Positions 26,999-33,185 of a stretch of DNA of 33,185 nt are shown here, one piece after another (the stretch's first letter is position 1; each line of letters begins with the position of its first letter). This DNA is from a virus. Its lineage: Duplodnaviria; Caudoviricetes. The translations under genes were made by a program, and so were the position numbers. The stretch covers positions 1 through 33,185 of IMG/VR virus record IMGVR_UViG_3300011339_000215. One strand, written 5' to 3'. Under the pieces are notes generated by a model that was not told the DNA's origin, did not search any database, and saw only the letters and a list, made by a program, of their open reading frames with translations.

Positions 26999-27567
26999 GC
27001 GAGTTTAAGCAGAAGGTATTAACCGCTTCAGTAGACCGTTACGTCCTAACTAGGACGCAGTGCGAGATGCTGCGCCAGGATGCGGAAGTGATTGGGATGA
27101 AGCGTGCGCCAGTGCTGTCGAAGGATGGAGTAACACGTACTGTATCGCGTACACGAACTTGCTCATCGTGCTGGATACCTTTCGCCAAGCATTACGAGTG
27201 GATCTACAATGTTATGCGAGAGATTACGGAAGGCATCAATGCCGAGCAATGGCGATTCGACATCCAAGGCATCCAGCAGTTGCAGATCCTGCGATACCGC
27301 CCACTACAGAAGTTCTCTTGGCATTGGGATACCTACACATCCGAAGCACCAGTTCGCAAGCTTACGGCTGTGGTGAACCTGTCCGCGCCAGAGGAGTATA
27401 TCGGAGGCGGGTTGCAGGCCAAGGCTGATATGGTGAATCCTCAGTTCATCCGCGAGCAAGGAGCAGGTTGCTGGTTTCCGTCTTACCTAGAGCATCGTGC
27501 GCGTGCGCCTATATGGGGAACACGCTGGGTGTTGGTGGCTTGGTTTACTGGACCTGCTTGGCGATAA
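26995..27567 (+). CDS. 2OG-Fe(II) oxygenase (PKHD/prolyl-hydroxylase-like)
   Basis: LQILRY, WHWD (HxD), RKLTAVVNLS..EEY.GG.L, FPSYLEH and GTRWVLVAW..GP motifs. Confidence 0.9.
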   Translation: MSEFKQKVLTASVDRYVLTRTQCEMLRQDAEVIGMKRAPVLSKDGVTRTVSRTRTCSSCWIPFAKHYEWIYNVMREITEGINAEQWRFDIQGIQQLQILRYRPLQKFSWHWDTYTSEAPVRKLTAVVNLSAPEEYIGGGLQAKADMVNPQFIREQGAGCWFPSYLEHRARAPIWGTRWVLVAWFTGPAWR

Positions 27568-28193
27568 TGGCAACGCTCAACGAGAACATTCCATCCTTCA
27601 AGGCTATGGTGAGGAAGTCGTTTTTCACCAAGAACGAGGAGGACAAGGAGTTTTACAACGTCTATGTGTTTGCCTTGCAGTCTTGCGCTGGGGCAATCCT
27701 AACCTTCCACGTTATGACTGACTCTGGAATGTTGCGGAGTCGAGTACCGCTGTCTGAGATATACACGCACGAGCCAGAGGCCGACATACCATTCAACTAC
27801 AAACAGCTTTGGGATTGCTTCAGCGAGAATGTAACCGTTACCGAGTACAGCTTCCTGGCCTACCATCGCGCGCAGATACTTCTACGGGATGCGACTAAAG
27901 TATGGGGTACATACTTGTTTACTGTGGATTGGTTTAACAATCCGTACTCAGACGAGCCGTCCGACTACAAGTGCGGTCATGTCTTCGCTGGTGACGATGG
28001 CTACTTACTCTGTATGCCAAACAACCGCATCTTCTGGCGGGATAGTAATTGGGTTACCAAGAAGTTGCCAGATAATCTAAAGCAGTTTCGGGTTGATACA
28101 GACCTGCCCAGCGTAGAGAATCAGAGTGACAAGTGGGTGACGGAGGATACAGATTCTTTTTACTATGATCTTCACAAGTCGGAACAACTATAA
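27567..28193 (+). CDS. Conserved phage hypothetical protein
   Basis: Likely start ATG 27567 (MATLNENIP); QLWDCFS, YLFTVDW, KCGH and PNNRI motifs. Confidence 0.7.
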   Translation: MATLNENIPSFKAMVRKSFFTKNEEDKEFYNVYVFALQSCAGAILTFHVMTDSGMLRSRVPLSEIYTHEPEADIPFNYKQLWDCFSENVTVTEYSFLAYHRAQILLRDATKVWGTYLFTVDWFNNPYSDEPSDYKCGHVFAGDDGYLLCMPNNRIFWRDSNWVTKKLPDNLKQFRVDTDLPSVENQSDKWVTEDTDSFYYDLHKSEQL

Positions 28194-28212
28194 ACAGAAA
28201 GGAAAATAGAAT

Positions 28213-28392
28213 ATGCCATTAGGTAAAGACGTATCGAAGAATATGAGTGAGTTGGCTAGGGATAACCGCAGGCAGGGTAGCGAGCGTGGAGCAGGCGGTA
28301 AGCCTCGCTCACGCGAGCAGATGATTGCCATTGCCCTATCCGCAGCAGGCAAGAGTAAGCCGCGCAAGTTTCGGATGCGGTCTGGTTCGTAA
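28213..28392 (+). CDS. Small basic protein (59 aa, not in ORF track)
   Basis: MPLGKDVSKNMSEL...SREQMIAIALSAAGKSK; QxIAIALS motif common in phage small basic proteins; AAGGA upstream. Confidence 0.7.
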   Translation: MPLGKDVSKNMSELARDNRRQGSERGAGGKPRSREQMIAIALSAAGKSKPRKFRMRSGS

Positions 28393-28571
28393 TGCAAGTC
28401 GATGCTAAAGCTAGGCTCAAGTGGGCGCGGGATATGCTTGCCATCGCCAGGGAGAAGCTTGTCCTGGAGCGTAACCGCGCAACTCACGGGCGTTCTGTGG
28501 ATATGATACAGATCATAACTATGGTCGATGCAGCGAGCTTAGTGTGCAAGGAAGTGGTGGGTGAGGAATGA
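28392..28571 (+). CDS. Hypothetical protein (59 aa, not in ORF track)
   Basis: TAATG and ATGA overlaps; MQVDAKARLKWARDML... Confidence 0.6.
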   Translation: MQVDAKARLKWARDMLAIAREKLVLERNRATHGRSVDMIQIITMVDAASLVCKEVVGEE

Positions 28572-28756
28572 AAAGCAAGGATGAACTGGCAATGCAGGTA
28601 AAGAAGGAGTGGGATGAGAAGGGATGGAGATGGAAGCTGTCCCTATCTGCTGGTGGGTTTACCAGCGAGATATATTGTTATGGCACAGCCGAGGATGGGT
28701 ACTTTAATTGCGTTAGGGAATTGGTTGATCACGCTTACCAGATGCAGAGCGTATGA
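28568..28756 (+). CDS. Hypothetical protein
   Basis: 62 aa, GAGG upstream, overlaps both neighbours. Confidence 0.6.
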   Translation: MKSKDELAMQVKKEWDEKGWRWKLSLSAGGFTSEIYCYGTAEDGYFNCVRELVDHAYQMQSV

Positions 28757-29673
28757 ATGAAAAAACACACCTCGACTTATTTAGCGGGATCGGAGGATTT
28801 GCCTTGGCAGCAAAGTGGAATGGATATAGAACCGTTGGCTTCTGTGACAACGAACCCTACGCACAAGCAGTCCTCAAAAAGCATTGGCCAGAAGTCCCGT
28901 GCCACAAAGACATCCGCGAAATACGAGGCGAGCTATACGCAGGAGTCACTCTTCTCACAGGAGGATTTCCATGCCAACCATTCTCAGTCGCAGGGAAGCA
29001 ACGAGGCAAGGATGACAACCGTTACCTCTGGCCTGAAATGTTGCGAGTTATACAAGAAGCAAAGCCCGCTTGGATCATTGGTGAGAATGTTGCTGGGATC
29101 GTCAACTTGGCACTCGACCAGGTGTGCGTTGATCTGGAAGGTCAAGGTTACGAAGTCGAACCGATCATTGTTCCAGCTTGCGCCGTTGACGCGCCACACA
29201 GAAGAGATAGGTGCTGGATCATCGCCAAATATATGGCCGACTCCGTCAGCCTGTCCGAGAGGAGCGCACACGGGAGCAAGGAGTGGGGCTGTGTCCGAGG
29301 ACGGGAAGACGAGGACATCAGCCAACGGAACGAGATGGGGTGCAACTCTTCAGACAGCAGTGAGAATGTGGCCGACACCGAGAGCAGTCAATCCAGGCAG
29401 CAGACCAAACGGCAAGGGCGGGAAGATACTGGAAGAGGAGGTGCGGATTGCGGAGGGATTGAGGATTCGGGGGGAGAAGCTGTTGCCGAAAGATCAGGAG
29501 AAGCAATCTGGCTCGCTGAACCCAACGTGGGTCGAGTGGCTAATGGGATACCCAATAGGTCACACCGACTTAAAGGATTGGGTAACGCCATCGTCCCGCA
29601 AGTCGCGTCAGAAATCATCAGATGCATCAACCAAGTAATAGGAGAACAACCAAATGAAACTATGGACAAATAA
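28753..29673 (+). CDS. C5 cytosine DNA methyltransferase, catalytic polypeptide
   Basis: Motifs I (DLFSGIGG), IV (GFPCQPFS), VI (ENV), VIII (PHRRDR) and X (RLKGLGNAIVP). Confidence 0.92.
   Translation: MNEKTHLDLFSGIGGFALAAKWNGYRTVGFCDNEPYAQAVLKKHWPEVPCHKDIREIRGELYAGVTLLTGGFPCQPFSVAGKQRGKDDNRYLWPEMLRVIQEAKPAWIIGENVAGIVNLALDQVCVDLEGQGYEVEPIIVPACAVDAPHRRDRCWIIAKYMADSVSLSERSAHGSKEWGCVRGREDEDISQRNEMGCNSSDSSENVADTESSQSRQQTKRQGREDTGRGGADCGGIEDSGGEAVAERSGEAIWLAEPNVGRVANGIPNRSHRLKGLGNAIVPQVASEIIRCINQVIGEQPNETMDK
28757..29638 (+). CDS. Nested +1-frame polypeptide carrying methyltransferase TRD and motif IX
   Basis: 293 open codons inside the MTase gene; two WPTP motifs and LNPTWVEWLMGYPIGHT; alternative start ATG 29012. 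Confidence 0.7.
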   Translation: MKKHTSTYLAGSEDLPWQQSGMDIEPLASVTTNPTHKQSSKSIGQKSRATKTSAKYEASYTQESLFSQEDFHANHSQSQGSNEARMTTVTSGLKCCELYKKQSPLGSLVRMLLGSSTWHSTRCALIWKVKVTKSNRSLFQLAPLTRHTEEIGAGSSPNIWPTPSACPRGAHTGARSGAVSEDGKTRTSANGTRWGATLQTAVRMWPTPRAVNPGSRPNGKGGKILEEEVRIAEGLRIRGEKLLPKDQEKQSGSLNPTWVEWLMGYPIGHTDLKDWVTPSSRKSRQKSSDASTK

Positions 29674-30760
29674 CACAAACGCAATTCACAAAGTCGATGA
29701 CAATATGCTCTACCCACGCACTACCTATGTGCTGCCCGATGAGCTAACTGGACCAACCTGGGACGATTCAATCCCTTGCCCACATAAGATTAAGCCGTAC
29801 TACAAAGGGCGCGCTGCTGGGGGGGCAACAGCCGTCTACCGCGCTGGGGCAATCGGTGACGCGATCATTGCTACTGCGTTCGTCAATTACTTGGTGCAGG
29901 AGTCGGGCGGGGTTGTGGAGGTTTACGCTCCTGCCCGCAACCTGCCTCTCTACGCTGGGCTGGGTGCAAAGCTATGGCCGCTGCCGTCATCACTGGAAGC
30001 TTGGGATTCGTTTGATGCACACCTACCTACTGACGATCTGTTCAGCGGACAGGTGGGCAACACCAAGCTAGGCACTGGTCCTGGCAACTGCTACCAGCGC
30101 ATTTACGAGTGGATGGGTGTGTGGGATGAGAAGACGATGGCGAAGTATTGTAAGCCAGTTCTGCATCTCATCGAGCCAGACCATGAAGAGCTAAAGGCGA
30201 TGGGCAAGTGGCCGTTGCCTAGTCCGTTCTTTGCCTACCATGTTTCGTCCAGCGGTCCGACCCGTACCTACCCGCCAACGATGGGGCAGGAGGCGGTGCT
30301 GGCGTTGCTTGAGGCTTACCCCAAACATCACGCCGTTATCATCGGGCTGGATAACAGCAACAACTTCAAGGTGGATCATCCCAGGGTGATTGACCTATTC
30401 AACTGCACCAAGGCTGTGCGCTCGCTGTTCCCGATTATCAGCGGGGCTGACTTCGTTGTTGCGCCAGATAGTTCAGTCAATCACATGGCTGCTGGATTGG
30501 ATACGCCGTGTGTGTCGCTGTGGGGTTCGTATTCCCCAGAAGACAGAATGACTTATTATAGTAAGAACGTATCGGTATTCAAACCCGATACCTGCCCACA
30601 CGCGCCTTGCCGTCCGCACGCTGGGTTGCCACAGGCTAAGTGTAAGGATGCGACAAACAAGACACCGAAGACTCAATACTGGTGTAACGCACTTCGGAAT
30701 ATAACAGCGCAGGATATTGTTGAGGCATCCAGAAAAGCAATAGAACTAGAAAGCAAATAA
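29654..30760 (+). CDS. GT-B glycosyltransferase family 9 (heptosyltransferase-like)
   Basis: GAIGDAI, VVAPDSSVNHMAAGLDTPCVSLWG and C-terminal CPHAPC...C...C motifs; AGGAG upstream. Confidence 0.85.
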   Translation: MKLWTNNTNAIHKVDDNMLYPRTTYVLPDELTGPTWDDSIPCPHKIKPYYKGRAAGGATAVYRAGAIGDAIIATAFVNYLVQESGGVVEVYAPARNLPLYAGLGAKLWPLPSSLEAWDSFDAHLPTDDLFSGQVGNTKLGTGPGNCYQRIYEWMGVWDEKTMAKYCKPVLHLIEPDHEELKAMGKWPLPSPFFAYHVSSSGPTRTYPPTMGQEAVLALLEAYPKHHAVIIGLDNSNNFKVDHPRVIDLFNCTKAVRSLFPIISGADFVVAPDSSVNHMAAGLDTPCVSLWGSYSPEDRMTYYSKNVSVFKPDTCPHAPCRPHAGLPQAKCKDATNKTPKTQYWCNALRNITAQDIVEASRKAIELESK

Positions 30761-30762
30761 CT

Positions 30763-30840
30763 AACTGGCGTTGTGGTATGCAAGGAGATCTTGCATCGGG
30801 CGTTTCCTCAGTGTGTCTACCCCTTGAATCAGAGCCAGTT
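30763..30840 (+). ncRNA. Candidate structured non-coding RNA
   Basis: Closing stem AACTGGC/GCCAGTT, inner hairpin ATGCAAG-GAGAT-CTTGCAT and a weaker second hairpin with a TTTCCTCA loop. Confidence 0.45.
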
Positions 30841-30859
30841 TGAATAAGGAATAAATAAA

Positions 30860-31504
30860 ATGGATTTATATTATGTTGAAACGAAAAAAGTCAAGATAAA
30901 GCAAGCGTATTACAAGAGTTGTGACTATGAGTATAGGCATATAGTTACATTATTGCGCACGTCTAGGCTTGATTTTACTGCAGATTTTGAATCAAGTAAT
31001 TACAAGCCGTGGGAAAATGTTGGGTGGGAGCGTCACATAAAAGAATACGTAAATGTTTGTCATCATTGTGGGAATGGATGCGCAGCTTCTATTTCTAGGA
31101 AAGATGGTTGTTGGGAGCATCCAATTCTTTTCTGTTCATACAAATGTGCGGCCAAGGCATTAGCCATGAATAAGTCGCACTCCATAAGAACAAATGGTAG
31201 GTGTCATTTTATAAATCGTCTTGAACTAAAAATTAAAGATTGTGATATTTGCGGTATATGCAAGAACTCCGTAGAGATGGCGCAGTCTTCTGTAGATCAC
31301 ATTACGCCAATATCCTCTGGCGGTCTTCATGTGTGGGACAATGTTCAGCTTGCACACTATTCTTGCAACATGAAAAGAGGGAATGAAGAGCTTGCGAATA
31401 TGAGTGGCGGAGAGAAGTGCGTCCAGGGGCAATACATTTACAGGGCTGGCAAGCAATTCATTGCTTCCGATGATGAAGACGAATCAGAAACTATTTCTGA
31501 ATAG
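30860..31504 (+). CDS. HNH endonuclease with zinc-binding motifs
   Basis: CHHC, FCSYKC, CGIC...SVDHITPISSGGLH.WDNVQLAH..CN.KRG; AT-rich. Confidence 0.85.
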   Translation: MDLYYVETKKVKIKQAYYKSCDYEYRHIVTLLRTSRLDFTADFESSNYKPWENVGWERHIKEYVNVCHHCGNGCAASISRKDGCWEHPILFCSYKCAAKALAMNKSHSIRTNGRCHFINRLELKIKDCDICGICKNSVEMAQSSVDHITPISSGGLHVWDNVQLAHYSCNMKRGNEELANMSGGEKCVQGQYIYRAGKQFIASDDEDESETISE

Positions 31505-31509
31505 TTGCT

Positions 31510-32442
31510 ATGACAACAGCACAACGGCAAGCTGAAGAGATCGTAGGCCAAGTGGATTGGCAGTCCGAGAATCACGGGCTGTGCAAGTGTCCTGGTGAGG
31601 CTGCACATACCAGCCACACTCGCATCCGTGACACAACGGTGTTCGTGGATGGCGCGCCGACTATCTTCTGCTGGCATACTTCCTGCACGCCGTATCGTGA
31701 TGAGGCTAACCGCAAGTTGCGCAGAGCTATATCCAGCGATGTGCTTTACAAGCCAGTAAACATTATGTCGGGTGGCACAGCCGTACCAAAGCTGGTCATC
31801 AAGAAAGACCCACACTCTGAGGTGTTGGATAGGATTAAGACGATTGCCGAGTCAAACAAGCAACGCTACCTAACGCACTACAATTGGGAGACGGCGGATA
31901 TGTTTGAGGAAAGTCCGACCAAGCTGGACGATCCAGCCCAGGACTATCAGTTGTTCCTATCGCTGTTCAACGCTGTGGATAACATCTGGATAGGCAACGT
32001 AACAGACAGCGGTAAGCATCCGCAGAACTTCCGCACTGCTTACGATTGGAAGAAGCTGGATGAGCCAATCGGGCAGTACACAACTGGCGCGAGCTACAAG
32101 CAAGGCACAGTCAGCCGATCCAACGATACGGTTGAGGATCGGATATTCTTGGTTGTCGAGTCTGACGTACTCAGCAAGCCACAGATGGGCGCGGTGTTCC
32201 AATTGATGCGTGACTTGTTTAGCATGAAACTACACGCCGTTGTTAATACTGGCGGAAAGAGCTTGCATGGTTGGTTTGAGATGCCACCAAAGAACGAGTG
32301 GGTGGAACAGTTAAAAGCTTTTCTTATTCCTTTAGGATGCGATCCTGCAACATTCAAACCCAGCCAACCCGTTAGGATTCCTGGGGCAAAGAGAGAAGAC
32401 AAAATGCAAAGCCTATTATGGTTTTGCAAAGGAGGAAAATGA
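31510..32442 (+). CDS. Primase (AEP/RepB-like) with N-terminal zinc-binding motif
   Basis: CPG...H...CWHTSC, VESD, TGGKSLHGW and RIPG motifs; directly upstream of the helicase. Confidence 0.75.
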   Translation: MTTAQRQAEEIVGQVDWQSENHGLCKCPGEAAHTSHTRIRDTTVFVDGAPTIFCWHTSCTPYRDEANRKLRRAISSDVLYKPVNIMSGGTAVPKLVIKKDPHSEVLDRIKTIAESNKQRYLTHYNWETADMFEESPTKLDDPAQDYQLFLSLFNAVDNIWIGNVTDSGKHPQNFRTAYDWKKLDEPIGQYTTGASYKQGTVSRSNDTVEDRIFLVVESDVLSKPQMGAVFQLMRDLFSMKLHAVVNTGGKSLHGWFEMPPKNEWVEQLKAFLIPLGCDPATFKPSQPVRIPGAKREDKMQSLLWFCKGGK

Positions 32443-33185
32443 TAGAGCCAGCAGTAGCACTTGGTATCAAACCGAAGGTGGACGAGTGGCCGCCAATCAA
32501 ATCTTATGCACAACTTGTTAAGGAAGACCTGCCTGCACCAGAGGTGTTAATTGAGGGAATGTTGCATAGAGGTGGGAAGATGGTGCTGGGTGGAGGAAGC
32601 AAGGCTTTCAAGAGTTGGAGTCTAATCGACCTAGCCCTATCGCTACACGCTGGCGTGCCTTGGTGGGGGCAACAATGCAAGATGTCGCGGGTGTTGTTTA
32701 TCAATTTCGAGATACAAGAATGGTCGTTCCGCAATCGTTTGGCCGATGTTATAAAAGCCAAAGGGCTGGAAGACAAGGCCGATGACTTTGATGTGTGGAC
32801 GCTAAGAGGTCACGCTGCCGACTTGACCCTCATCCGCCCTATGATTGAGAAGCAGATTGAAGGTAAGGGCTACCAAGCGATCATCCTCGATCCTAACTAT
32901 ATGCTGATGGGCGAGAGAGATGAGAATAGTGCGGGTGATATGTCGTCACTGATGAATGAGTTTGAGTACCTAGCCACACGCCACAATCTGTCGATTATAT
33001 TAAGCCACCACTTCAGCAAGGGTAACAAGTCGGGTGCAGAGTCGATTGACCGCTTTAGTGGGTCGGGCGTGTTCGCCCGTAATCCAGATACGTTGGTCGT
33101 TCTGACTGCCCACGAGGAGGATGAGAAGACTTACACTTGTGACATCACACTGCGTAACTTCCCGCCAGTAGATAGCTTTGTAGTT
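32439..33185 (+). CDS. RecA-family AAA_25 / RepA-like replicative helicase (3' truncated, not in ORF track)
   Basis: My translation gives LIEGML, Walker A GGSKAFKS, FINFE, Walker B IILDP, HHFSKG and SGSG; GGAGG upstream. Confidence 0.88.
   Translation, partial: MIEPAVALGIKPKVDEWPPIKSYAQLVKEDLPAPEVLIEGMLHRGGKMVLGGGSKAFKSWSLIDLALSLHAGVPWWGQQCKMSRVLFINFEIQEWSFRNRLADVIKAKGLEDKADDFDVWTLRGHAADLTLIRPMIEKQIEGKGYQAIILDPNYMLMGERDENSAGDMSSLMNEFEYLATRHNLSIILSHHFSKGNKSGAESIDRFSGSGVFARNPDTLVVLTAHEEDEKTYTCDITLRNFPPVDSFVV

Noticed and set aside
26995-27567. TET/JBP DNA dioxygenase call
   Set aside because: Motifs (RKL...LS...Y.GG.L, FPS..H, R..LV.W) fit the PKHD/prolyl-hydroxylase-like class better.
1-33185. 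Specific host or lifestyle assignment
   Set aside because: No integrase, repressor or host flank is visible; only a diderm host can be inferred, from the lipoprotein/spanin-like and GT9 genes.

Overview
A 33 kb fragment of a tailed dsDNA bacteriophage genome with podovirus-like architecture. Nearly all genes are on the + strand and tightly packed, often with ATGA/GTGA overlaps. The left part (1-20.7 kb) is the packaging and virion module: terminase large subunit (5' truncated), small lysis-type membrane and lipoprotein genes, portal, scaffold, major capsid, a tail fibre with an S74-type chaperone, adaptor and nozzle proteins, DNA-ejection proteins and a GH108-like muramidase. The right part (21-33 kb) holds recombination and replication genes (resolvase, exonuclease, primase, AAA_25 helicase, 3' truncated) mixed with modification enzymes. 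Main points of interest: (1) an AT-rich three-gene insert encoding a TGT/DpdA-like protein, QueD and a nucleoside 2-deoxyribosyltransferase-like protein, with no FolE/QueE/QueC in the window; (2) a C5 DNA methyltransferase split over two overlapping reading frames; (3) apparent complete absence of CCGG; (4) a D-L-G-[FY]-D-[IV]-I-E-P-E peptide shared by the largest ejection protein and the muramidase; (5) several candidate structured RNAs and exact DNA repeats delimiting tail-fibre modules. All product calls come from motif recognition and synteny by eye; no database searches were run.
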